Assembly (NCBI GenBank): GCA_013203045.1
Contig: JABMQN010000003.1
Location: 18,073 to 82,072, forward strand
Direction of reading: 5' to 3'
DNA from: Chloroflexota bacterium
GTDB taxonomy: Bacteria > Chloroflexota > Dehalococcoidia > SZUA-161 > SpSt-899
Length of the DNA: 64,000 bases
Under the pieces are notes generated by a model that saw nothing but the letters and a program-made list of their open reading frames with translations, was not told the origin of the DNA and made no database searches. The position numbers and the translations under genes were made by a program. Below are positions 1 to 8,837 of this stretch, piece by piece; position 1 is the stretch's first letter, and every line of letters begins with the position of its first letter.

Positions 1-97
1 GAATAAAGAATGAATAAATGCGGGCAAGCTGAGCATAAAGATTCCATAAATATTTCGTGCAGCGGATAATGAATGGGGCCCTGAGTGTAGCTGCGAC

Positions 98-1921
98 TTA
101 GTTTTCTTTTCCATTCGCAGTCTCATCGACGGGATCAACCAGACCGATTAACGTATCACCGGGTCGCGGAGATATCTGACTGTCTGCGGCGAATACTGCC
201 AGGTTTCCGGTTTCTGTGATAAGGAACAAGGGAACGGCTGTATTACCATAAAGTCTGTCGAAGTCATCATGATCGAATTTCTCGGTTAAGCCGGTAGCTT
301 TCATTGTTGAGCCGGTATTGAATCTTCTGGACAAGTAAGAGTAAGTTATTCCCGGTCCGAACAAAAGTCTGCCCCGAATGTGATGTGATACGGCTTCCTT
401 ACGGCCTTCTCCGCTCTCTTCCGGCGGAAGTTGGAATACATTCGCCCTCCCCAAGAAAGGCGCAAAATGCAAGGCTGCAAGGGAATTGGCGCCGTTGTTA
501 GGCGTCAAGGCTAACAAGTAACCAATTCCACTCAGATCGATTTTATCTAAAGCATACTGTGAGAGGATGCTGGCATAGAAGGTGGGCAATCCGGCAGCCC
601 GGGCTGCAGACAGGTTTTCCCAGTCAGTATCCACGAGTAATACCTGATAACCTTTTGCCTGGAGTGTCTTGGCTATTTCACGGGCCCAGGAATGGGCTCC
701 CATGATCAGGAATCCCTGTGGATTGGGTTGGGCTATTTGCAGTCGGCGGGCTAATGGAAAGACAGTCAATCCATAGAATGTCACCGTCCCTATTATGACT
801 AGGAATGTTGCCGGTACAAGCTCGTCAGCTTCAGGATGGTTCACTTCGGTATCCAGTAAACGCAGTGCAAAAACTGACGCAACGGCTGCTGCCACAATGC
901 CACGAGGTGCCATCCACATTAGAAAGAGTTTTTCTCTCCAATTAAGACCGGATTTGATTGTGGAAAGTATTACTGCAACGGGACGTACTACCAATATCAG
1001 AATAATCAGGAAAGCCAGACTTCCCCAACTGAGGCCTGAGAAGTCACTTGATTCCAGGCGTGCTGCCAAGAGTATGAACAATCCGGAAACTAACAGTACC
1101 CCGAGATTCTCTTTGAATTCGATAATGTGGCGTACTGAGATACGTTTCTGGTTGCCCATGATGATCCCCATGATAGTCACACCGAGGAGTCCCGATTCAG
1201 ATTGAAATAAGTCGGAGACTCCGTACACAGTGAATACCATCATTAGTGCCACGGTGCTCTGGAGAAAATCGGGAATCCAGTATCGTCTAAGGGCAAAGAG
1301 GAGTAACACTGCTCCAATAACTCCGGCGAACCCTCCAATGAAGATTGTCTTGAGGAATCCCACAATCACCAATGTGGTTGCGTCTTCCAATCTACCGGCT
1401 ACAATCAGCCCGAAAACCAATACTGCCAGCATGGCTCCCAAGGGATCGATAACGATTCCCTCCCACTTCATTATGGGGCCAACCTGGCCAATTGGTCGGA
1501 CGTGCCTGAGTAGAGGTATTACCACTGTTGGTCCACTTACTACCAGGATGGCTCCCAGCAATACAGACATATCAAACTCAAGCCCGAGGACGAAATGTGC
1601 AGCAAGTGTGGTTAATAGCCATGTGGTGAGAGCGCCGATGGTTATCAATCTTCGAATGACATGGCCGACATCGCGAAGTTAGGAGAGCCTGAGGCTCAGA
1701 CCACCCTCGAATAGGATAACGGCTACCGAAAGCGAGACAATGGGGAGGAGCATATCCCCAAAGGTTTCGTTAGGATCGAGGAAGCCCGTAACCGGCCCTA
1801 TGATGATACCGAGTATTAAGAGCAAAAGGATTGAAGGCAAGCGCAATCGCCATGCCAGCCATTGCGCAGCTATGCCCACAACGATGATGCTTGCCAGTTT
1901 TATCAGAAGATCTTCATCCAT
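98..1921 (-). pseudogene. NhaP/CPA1-type Na+/H+ antiporter with C-terminal regulatory domain, interrupted by in-frame TAA at 1679-1681 (minus strand)
   Basis: ORFs 1679..1921 and 98..1648 are in the same frame (both ends mod 3 = 1). Hand translation across the junction gives ...EGGLSLRLS*LRDVGHVIRRLITIG..., a contiguous antiporter N-terminus. Multi-pass hydrophobic protein typical of CPA1. Confidence 0.7.
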
Positions 1922-2006
1922 GAGCTGGGTCTCGGAAGCGATACTAAAGATATGTGCCCAGCATAAGCCATCGCGATCGATTGTTCAAGGGGGGAGAGAG
2001 GAGGAA

Positions 2007-2495
2007 TTACTCCATGGGGTATTCCGGAGTCTCGACTTTCTCCAGCTTGTCTTCGCTTTCGAGATGGTCGACGTATAATACACCGTTGAGATGATCTATT
2101 TCATGTTCCAGAGATTGAGCGAGGAGGTCATTAGCCTTTATTCGAATTGCCTTGCCGTTGCGATCAAGCGCCTTGCAGGTTACTGACTCGGCGCGTTTGA
2201 TTTCGCCTCTATAGCCGGGGAAGCTGAGGCATCCCTCCGTAACAACTCGCTCTCCGGATTTCTTAACAATCTCCGGGTTTATCAGAGCGAAAAGCTTTTC
2301 GTCCGGTATCTCGATTATTATTATTCGCAACAATCTGCCGACTTGTGGGGCAGCGAGACCAGCACCGTAAGCATTCTGCATGGTTTCGATCATGTCATCG
2401 ATCAGTTTCTGGATCGATTTGCTGACGGTGGTAACCCGCTTCGATTTTTCTCTTAATACGGGATTTCCGAAACGCTGTATCGGTAGTATTGCCAT
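2007..2495 (-). CDS. def: peptide deformylase
   Basis: Motifs [18 protein letters not shown] and HEIDHLNG (PDF motifs I-III). Confidence 0.92.
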   Translation of the reverse strand: MAILPIQRFGNPVLREKSKRVTTVSKSIQKLIDDMIETMQNAYGAGLAAPQVGRLLRIIIIEIPDEKLFALINPEIVKKSGERVVTEGCLSFPGYRGEIKRAESVTCKALDRNGKAIRIKANDLLAQSLEHEIDHLNGVLYVDHLESEDKLEKVETPEYPME

Positions 2496-2550
2496 AACTA
2501 TTCCTATTTAAATTATACGGAGCGGTTTGTAGTAGTGTCAATTTTTGAGT

Positions 2551-5001
2551 TTAAGTGAGTCCCACCGGGTCGATATCCACTGTCCAACCCTGAGGTATCG
2601 ACACCTTTGAAAGGATGGAAATGGGGTCCGGACTTCTGAGGACCACTTGCCAGCGGTATCTGCCGCGTACTCTTTGAGTGTATGCAGGGGATGGACCGAT
2701 TATCGCCATGTTAGCCAATCCTTGAGAACCCTGCTCCTCTCTGATAGCATCGGCCATTCGCTCGGCTTCTTCCTGGCATCGTTCAGCGTTGGTATGTATG
2801 TAGATCAGGCTTGCCAGTCGGTTAAATGGCGGATATGAATACTGGTGGCGAAGATCACTCTCCTGTGTATAGAAAGAACCGAAATCCTGTTGAGCGGCAG
2901 CTATAATGGCATAGTGTTCGGGAGTATAGGTTTGAATGATGGCTTGTCCTCCCCGCTGCCCACGCCCAGCTCTCCCAGATACCTGTGAAAGAAGTTGAAA
3001 AGTACGCTCGCCGGCACGGAAATCGGGGAGGTATAAGCCAATGTCTGCATTGATTACGCCCACCAGTGTTACCAGCGGGATATCGAGCCCTTTGGCGATC
3101 ATCTGCGTACCGATGAGAATATCAGCCTCGTGCGACTGGAACGTGTGCAGGATTTTTTCGTGCGAATATTTTCCCTTGGTGACATCGCGGTCCCAGCGAA
3201 GAATCCTTGCTTGTGGGAAAGCTCTGGCCGTCTCTTCCTCAACCTTTTGAGTGCCGATGCCAAGGAACTTGATACGTCGGCTCCAACATTTAGGGCAAGA
3301 GGTTGGAGTAGGGATGCGATAATTGCACAAGTGGCAAATGAGTTCATTCTCTTCATAATGGTGAGTAAGTGCCATCTCGCATCGCCTGCAACTCATGACG
3401 TGTCCACAATCGCGACATTGCACAAAAGAAGCTGCTCCCCGGCGATTAAGGAACAAGATTACCTGTTCTCTTGCGGCCAGAGCTTCGTCGATGGCTTGCG
3501 CAAGCTTTCGACTAAAAATACTCCTGTTGCCTTGCTTGAGTTCTTGCCGAAGATCGACGAGTACTACCTGTGGCAAAACCGGAAACATCCCATTATTGGT
3601 CTCACCAACTCGTTCTGGTAGTTCCAACAATTGGTAATCGCCTTTTTGAGCGTGATGATAGCTCTCGATATCCGGGGTTGCGCTCCCCAAGATCACCACA
3701 GAACCTGTCAGTTCAGCGAGTTTCAAAGCAGCTTTACGAGCATGATAAAGAGGAATTTTATCGTGTTGTTTGTAGGTCCATTCGTGCTCTTCGTCGATAA
3801 CGATGAGTCCTAAATCGGGCTGCGGTGCAAAGATGGCACTGCGTGATCCGATCACCACATCGAACTCCCCTTCCCGAATCCGATGCCACTCATCGAATTG
3901 TTCGCCGGGAGAAAGCTTACTGTGAAGCACAGCAACACGATCCGGGAACCGGGATGCAAAGCGGGCTATAGTTTGTGGTGTGAGAGCAATTTCAGGGACG
4001 AGCACGATGGCCTTCTTCCCCTGAGCAATGGTCTCTTTCAGGGCTCTGAGATATATCTCTGTTTTCCCGCTACCCGTAATACCGTGCAGGAGGAAAACCG
4101 AAGGTTCACGTTTAGCCGAAAGACCGCGCAGTTTCTCCTGGATTTGCACCCACGCTGTTTTTTGATCGGGTGTTAGTTCCGGGGGCGAAACGGATGGGAA
4201 GCTGCGGTGTGCCAGTGGGTCTCGCCGCACTTCGATTTTTTCAATGGTTACCAGTCCTTTTTTTTGCAGTGATCGAGCGACATTTTGAGCGGCTCCCGTT
4301 TGTTTTACAGCTTCTGAAAGAGGGAGGTCATCCACCTCTTCAATGAGAAGACGTAGCAGATCGGATTGCCTCAATGCTCTCTTTTTCTCCAGGATGACTA
4401 TCTGGCTTTCTGCTTCGTGACGATCAACAGCGAGTCGGATATGAAGTATCTCCTTGGGTTTGATCCGTTCGTGCTGCAATGCGGTTGTTTTCTTTATCAG
4501 TCCCTTGGCTACCAGCTGCTTGATTGTGGGACTGATTTGCTTTTCCGGCATCTTCTTTTTGAGTTGACGGGCATCGATGCTACCGGATTTTTTCAGGAAA
4601 TTGAATACCTTCTTCTGTATGGGTGTTAGTTTGGCAGTAGCTTCTGCCGGAGAGTCGGAAACAGGTTCGATAAATATCAGCGTCCGTCTTTCGAAACCGG
4701 GGGGCAGCATCAGTGATGCCGCTTCAAAATAGGGTGACAAATAGTATTCGGCGATCCATCGGGCCAGCTCTACTTGGTGTTCGGAAAGAAGTGGTTGAGG
4801 CTCGATGACCTCGGCGATTTCTTTGGTCTCTTCCACCGGGGAATGGTCAGTGAGGTTGAAAACGATTCCCTGGAGGGTTCTTGGCCCGAATGGTACCCAA
4901 ACAGCGCAACCTACGGCGATTTGGGGATCAGGTGGTAAGGTATATGTAAAAGTTCGCGGCCATGCTGTTGGGGCATTGACCGCGACTTCGGCATATTTCA
5001 T
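2551..5001 (-). CDS. priA: primosomal protein N' (replication restart helicase PriA)
   Basis: 816 aa with Walker A GITGSGKT, DEEHE box, Cys-rich zinc-binding insert (CRDCGHVMSCRRCEMALTHH...CHLCNY) and C-terminal helicase domain. Confidence 0.9.
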   Translation of the reverse strand: MKYAEVAVNAPTAWPRTFTYTLPPDPQIAVGCAVWVPFGPRTLQGIVFNLTDHSPVEETKEIAEVIEPQPLLSEHQVELARWIAEYYLSPYFEAASLMLPPGFERRTLIFIEPVSDSPAEATAKLTPIQKKVFNFLKKSGSIDARQLKKKMPEKQISPTIKQLVAKGLIKKTTALQHERIKPKEILHIRLAVDRHEAESQIVILEKKRALRQSDLLRLLIEEVDDLPLSEAVKQTGAAQNVARSLQKKGLVTIEKIEVRRDPLAHRSFPSVSPPELTPDQKTAWVQIQEKLRGLSAKREPSVFLLHGITGSGKTEIYLRALKETIAQGKKAIVLVPEIALTPQTIARFASRFPDRVAVLHSKLSPGEQFDEWHRIREGEFDVVIGSRSAIFAPQPDLGLIVIDEEHEWTYKQHDKIPLYHARKAALKLAELTGSVVILGSATPDIESYHHAQKGDYQLLELPERVGETNNGMFPVLPQVVLVDLRQELKQGNRSIFSRKLAQAIDEALAAREQVILFLNRRGAASFVQCRDCGHVMSCRRCEMALTHHYEENELICHLCNYRIPTPTSCPKCWSRRIKFLGIGTQKVEEETARAFPQARILRWDRDVTKGKYSHEKILHTFQSHEADILIGTQMIAKGLDIPLVTLVGVINADIGLYLPDFRAGERTFQLLSQVSGRAGRGQRGGQAIIQTYTPEHYAIIAAAQQDFGSFYTQESDLRHQYSYPPFNRLASLIYIHTNAERCQEEAERMADAIREEQGSQGLANMAIIGPSPAYTQRVRGRYRWQVVLRSPDPISILSKVSIPQGWTVDIDPVGLT

Positions 5002-5004
5002 TCC

Positions 5005-5349
5005 TTATTGGCTCGATTTTAGTTTGAGTCGAGTCTTCTTCCGGCTAAGGCCTCTGAGGTAATACAGCTTGGCTCTGCGGACATGTCCGCGTGCTACTAC
5101 CTGGACTTTCTCCAGAAAAGGGGAATTGTATGGGAAGATTCGTTCTACGCCAACTCCGTGGAAAATCTGTCTCACGGTGAAAGTGGCTGAAACACCACTG
5201 CCTCGTTTGCGGATGACAATACCCTGAAAAACCTGTATGCGTTGTCTTTCACCTTCTACAACTTTAAAGCTAACCTTAACGGTATCACCGGGCCGAAAGT
5301 CTTCAATATTCGGGTTGGGCTCTACTTCAACAACTGATCGCACGTCCAT
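5005..5349 (-). CDS. rplS: 50S ribosomal protein L19
   Basis: 114 aa with typical L19 sequence (FRPGDTVKV...[10 protein letters not shown]...RRAKLYYLR). Sits upstream of trmD as in the conserved trmD-rplS cluster. Confidence 0.93.
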   Translation of the reverse strand: MDVRSVVEVEPNPNIEDFRPGDTVKVSFKVVEGERQRIQVFQGIVIRKRGSGVSATFTVRQIFHGVGVERIFPYNSPFLEKVQVVARGHVRRAKLYYLRGLSRKKTRLKLKSSQ

Positions 5350-5396
5350 TTTGGATAATCCTTCTTAATCTAAACTCGCAATTAGAAATTGTAACA

Positions 5397-6119
5397 CTAT
5401 TCAAACATTTTTTCCAGCATTTGGCGTTCTTTGTTAGTCAGCTCGGCTTTTTCAAGAAGGTCTGGGCGGCGTTTCAATGTTCGCAGGATCGCTTGCTCAC
5501 GGCGCCATTTAGCGATCTCAGCGTGGTGTCCGGAGAGCAAAACAGGCGGCACTTCCCAACCTCGGAAGTCTTGCGGTCGAGTGTACTGCGGATACTCTAG
5601 CAATCCGTTGGAGTGAGAGTCTTCTTTTACCGATTCGTCCGAACCAAGGACGCCGGGAAGCTGTCTTACCACAGTATCAATCACCACCATCGCTGCCAGT
5701 TCGCCACCGGTCAAAACATAGTCGCCGATACTTATTTCATCGGTAACCAGGTGTTCCCTCACGCGCTCGTCGACTCCCTCATAATGTCCGCAGATAAGGA
5801 CGAACCGCGAGTGGGATGCCAGCTCCTCCGCTACCTGTTGATTGAACAGTCTGCCTTGCGGTGTAAGCAAGATGACGGGTATCTCAGAATCATTTTTAAT
5901 AGCTTCTACTGCGGCAAAAAGTGGTTCTGCCATGAGGACCATTCCGGCTCCGCCACCGTGAGGATAATCGTCGACCACTCGGTGCTTACCCAGTCCATGA
6001 TCGCGCAAATTATGGATGGCGATTTCAACAAGTCCATTGTCTATGGCCCGTTTGATGATACTCTCATCAAACGGGCCGCTGAACATATTGGGAAAAAGAG
6101 TTATGATGTCGATATGCAC
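5397..6119 (-). CDS. trmD: tRNA (guanine37-N1)-methyltransferase
   Basis: [14 protein letters not shown]-terminus and SPOUT-fold TrmD signature. Adjacent to rplS. Confidence 0.92.
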   Translation of the reverse strand: MHIDIITLFPNMFSGPFDESIIKRAIDNGLVEIAIHNLRDHGLGKHRVVDDYPHGGGAGMVLMAEPLFAAVEAIKNDSEIPVILLTPQGRLFNQQVAEELASHSRFVLICGHYEGVDERVREHLVTDEISIGDYVLTGGELAAMVVIDTVVRQLPGVLGSDESVKEDSHSNGLLEYPQYTRPQDFRGWEVPPVLLSGHHAEIAKWRREQAILRTLKRRPDLLEKAELTNKERQMLEKMFE

Positions 6120-6129
6120 TTTATTGTAT

Positions 6130-6597
6130 TCACAAATTTCTGGAGTAATCTATTAATTGGCCGCGGCGGAAATCTACAGATTCGAACAATCCCTGCAATT
6201 CACTATCATGTTGATCAACCATCACGCGGATCAACTTCAGGCCTCGCGATTGGCAATTCTCAGTCAGTGCTCCGATGAGTTTTCTGGCAATACCTTGTCG
6301 ACGGTAATCGGGGTCCACACCCACCACTTGAATGGTGCATGCTTCTGTAATTTGATCAGCGACGTAAGTAATTGCAGCTAGAGCGAAACCTACTACTCGT
6401 CCATTTACTTCGGCAACGAAACTTGTCCCGATGTCTCCACCGATATACCCATTGATCAAATCCACATAAGTGAAGGCTCTTTCTGTTGCTCCTATCTTCC
6501 TATCGATTTCGAAGATGCCATCAATGTCATCCTGTATCATTGGACGGATCTGTACTTCAGCTCCCGTGACTGCCATAATGACCTCCTTCGATATCAA
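6130..6597 (-). CDS. GNAT family N-acetyltransferase
   Basis: Acetyl-CoA-binding motif ([13 protein letters not shown]) in a ~155-aa protein. Confidence 0.7.
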   Translation of the reverse strand: MISKEVIMAVTGAEVQIRPMIQDDIDGIFEIDRKIGATERAFTYVDLINGYIGGDIGTSFVAEVNGRVVGFALAAITYVADQITEACTIQVVGVDPDYRRQGIARKLIGALTENCQSRGLKLIRVMVDQHDSELQGLFESVDFRRGQLIDYSRNL

Positions 6598-6676
6598 AGC
6601 AACTTACTAAAAGCTGCTTTTTCGATTGATAGCCAATACTAATCCTCAATGGCCGGTTTGTCAATACAGCGTACAG

Positions 6677-6709
6677 CCGTAGAGACGTCCCGCCGGGACG
6701 TCTCTACGG
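6677..6709. repeat. Perfect palindromic hairpin CCGTAGAGACGTCCC-GCC-GGGACGTCTCTACGG (REP-like; second copy at 28031-28073)
   Basis: 15-bp inverted arms read directly. Core TAGAGACGTCCCGnCGGGACGTCTCTA is shared with the 28 kb copy. Confidence 0.8.
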
Positions 6710-6861
6710 GATTGTATATTTGGATTGGAGCACCCAGAATCTTATTCTCTGTGATCTTCGTATACTTCGTGGTGAAATAAAATGGCAAAGTATTTGGGCC
6801 TCTCTGGTTCCGGGCGTTCCCGCCGAAGTTAGATGCAGACAGGCTTGTCCGGGTTATAGGT

Positions 6862-7452
6862 CTACGTTACCCATTCCCCTTTCCCATATTGAGCGCGTTC
6901 AAGGTGACGAGTCCCATCCCTTGTGGTCGTTACATAGAGCTCGGCGCTCATGAAAAGAGCGGGATTCACTGCTTCCAAGTCCACATGACCCGATGGTGTG
7001 AAGGCTTCTTCATCATAGTGTGTCGCCACTACTTCTCCCACAAACCACTCGTGATCACCTATGGTGTAACTGGAGAAAAGTGTGCACTCGTAAGCGGCAT
7101 AGGCATCCTTCAAAATGGGGGCGGATGTTTTTAGCGATTCTTCCTTTTGCAGTTTGAACCTTTCGAATTTGTCCACATCTCTTCCCGGACAACCTCCCGT
7201 TCCGGAGATGAGTTCAGCCTTTTCCAAAGAAAGGAAGTTGATACCGAATTCCTTTGCTTCCAAGATGAGTTCGTGTGTGTATCGCTTGGGGGCGATTGAT
7301 ATCCCAATGAGCGGCGGATTTTGCGAAACGGAACTGAGCCAGGCGACAGCCATGGCGTTATCCCTGCCCTGGGCATGGCAGGTGACAATAACTGCCAGTT
7401 TAGGGTAATGGTGATGGAATCCAGCAGTTCCTTCAACGTGTTTCTTGGCCAT
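6862..7452 (-). CDS. flavin reductase-like (FMN-binding split-barrel) domain protein
   Basis: N-terminal ~110 aa resemble the flavin reductase-like domain (LAVIVTCHAQGRDNAMAVAW...PPLIGISI). C-terminal extension of unknown function. Confidence 0.55.
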   Translation of the reverse strand: MAKKHVEGTAGFHHHYPKLAVIVTCHAQGRDNAMAVAWLSSVSQNPPLIGISIAPKRYTHELILEAKEFGINFLSLEKAELISGTGGCPGRDVDKFERFKLQKEESLKTSAPILKDAYAAYECTLFSSYTIGDHEWFVGEVVATHYDEEAFTPSGHVDLEAVNPALFMSAELYVTTTRDGTRHLERAQYGKGEWVT

Positions 7453-7470
7453 TGAATCCTCCTATCAACA

Positions 7471-7570
7471 TGTCATTCTGAACGAAGTGTAGCGCGAGGC
7501 TTTAGCCTCGCCTTTGCGTTATGCTTCGGCAGCCTCAGCCTCGCCTGAAGCGACCCTGAAGGGTCGCGCT
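7471..7570. repeat. Composite small repeat: TGTCATTCTGAAC terminus, GCGAGGCTTTAGCCTCGC hairpin and GCGACCCTGAAGGGTCGC hairpin
   Basis: Shares TGTCATTCTGA terminus with 8482-8593 and 26008-26088. Shares GTAG(C/T)GCGAGGCTT(T/C)AGCCTCG core with 16714-16735 and 29141-29167. Confidence 0.7.
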
Positions 7571-7616
7571 ATGGCATCTCATTCATCTATTCATTACTTC
7601 CATGCTTAGCATCGAT

Positions 7617-8444
7617 TTAGGAAGGCGGGTTTTGTTTGGAAGGATATCCCATCACGAGTATCAATACGGCAGCACCAATTGCTGTTATGAGTCCCACCAA
7701 AGTCACGGTTGATTTCCCGTCTTTGCCGTCTTCCCCGGGCTCACCTGGTTCCCCGGGCTCACCTCGTGGACCCTGTTTTCCACGTATTACTGATCCATCG
7801 AGGACCGGGGTGCGAATGGTAAAGGTTTCCGACAATTCTTTATCCCATACATTAATAACGGTGACAGTATACTCTCCGGGATCTGAAATGGGCGGTATTA
7901 TCTGTGTACAGAATTTGCCTTTACGGTCAGTGTTAACAGTTGAATATGGTTCTTCATCAAAGTATATGGTAACGGGTAAATTCGGTGGGGATACTTCTCC
8001 ACAGATGTTGGTAGCTACTCCTTCCGATGGACGCAGCTCTATTTCAAGAAAACCGGGCTCGTGGCAATCCTGGCAGTGTGATGTCAAGTCTAATGCGATG
8101 TTACCGCCATTCTTGAATACTGCAACCTCAGCTGCTGGTTGAAAGTGATCTCCGATAGTAAAGGCGAAAGTCTTCTTATTGTAGCTATTGCCGGTACCAT
8201 CAATGGTGAGAACATAGCTGCTCAGCACCGGCCGTTGCCCATCAGTATTGGTGTAAGTTGTTGTGGAGATCACCTTTTCCCCGTCTATCCAGGCTGTTAT
8301 CTTGGTGCCGTCTTCAACGGAACGTCCATCCAGAGTGACTGTACCATAGAAAATACACACGTCCGGCTGGGCGAGCGCCATTGAGGGGAGAAGGATAAGT
8401 ATAGCCAGAATCCCAATTACCAATATAATAATGAATTTGCTCAT
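7617..8444 (-). CDS. secreted/cell-surface protein with short collagen-like (G-X-Y)7 tract and C-terminal TM anchor
   Basis: Signal peptide MSKFIIILVIGILAILILLPSMALA-QP (start at second Met; track ORF extends to 8480). C-terminal GPRGEPGEPGEPGEDGKDGKS followed by hydrophobic TLVGLITAIGAAVLILVMGY. Confidence 0.6.
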   Translation of the reverse strand: MSKFIIILVIGILAILILLPSMALAQPDVCIFYGTVTLDGRSVEDGTKITAWIDGEKVISTTTYTNTDGQRPVLSSYVLTIDGTGNSYNKKTFAFTIGDHFQPAAEVAVFKNGGNIALDLTSHCQDCHEPGFLEIELRPSEGVATNICGEVSPPNLPVTIYFDEEPYSTVNTDRKGKFCTQIIPPISDPGEYTVTVINVWDKELSETFTIRTPVLDGSVIRGKQGPRGEPGEPGEPGEDGKDGKSTVTLVGLITAIGAAVLILVMGYPSKQNPPS

Positions 8445-8481
8445 TTGTATGCCTTGATTGTGTACTGGTTTCCCCTTCAAT

Positions 8482-8593
8482 ATGTCATTCTGAGCAAAGC
8501 GAAGAATCTCAATGTGTTCAGCACAGGCTCCGTGAAGAATCTCTCCACCTTCAATGTGAGATTCTTCGGTCGCTACTCTCCCTCAGAATGACA
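8482..8593. repeat. MITE-like element with perfect 12-bp terminal inverted repeats TGTCATTCTGAG / CTCAGAATGACA and internal GAAGAATCTC/GAGATTCTTC hairpin
   Basis: Read directly. Same terminus family as 7471 and 26008. Confidence 0.8.
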
Positions 8594-8620
8594 TCCATTT
8601 TAGCATATAATTCCTGTAAT

Positions 8621-8761
8621 TCAGGATTTCTTCCGTTTGCGCAGTCGCTTTAAAACGGCGTCTCGGTAGGTTTTGGCCAGACCTTTGCCGTGCTGCTGCA
8701 TCTTGCGGTGTTTCTTGAGTCGCCGTTCCTCGCGGCGCTCTTGACGGGTTTTATCTCCCAT
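8621..8761 (-). CDS. possible 46-aa highly basic small protein (MGDKTRQERREERRLKKHRKMQQHGKGLAKTYRDAVLKRLRKRKKS)
   Basis: Not in ORF track (<60 aa). ATG at 8761 preceded by GGAGG 8 nt upstream, TGA at 8621. Lies in an otherwise gene-free gap. Confidence 0.35.
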   Translation of the reverse strand: MGDKTRQERREERRLKKHRKMQQHGKGLAKTYRDAVLKRLRKRKKS

Positions 8762-8837
8762 CAAACCGTTCCTCCAGTTAATGGTTATTGGGATTATGGC
8801 TCTTCCCCCAACAAACTACCAAACCATCAACTATCAA

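Noticed and set aside
795-1682. Plus-strand ORFs 795..1205 and 1230..1682 inside the antiporter gene
   Set aside because: Antisense to a well-supported membrane-protein gene. Low-complexity Ser/Thr/Arg-rich translations with no RBS.
3041-4629. Multiple short ORFs on both strands inside priA (e.g. 3130..3621, 3883..4176)
   Set aside because: Fully nested in the 816-aa priA reading frame, which has conserved helicase motifs. Shadow ORFs.
5613-6278. 221-aa plus-strand ORF overlapping trmD
   Set aside because: Antisense to trmD and the GNAT gene. No recognisable motif.
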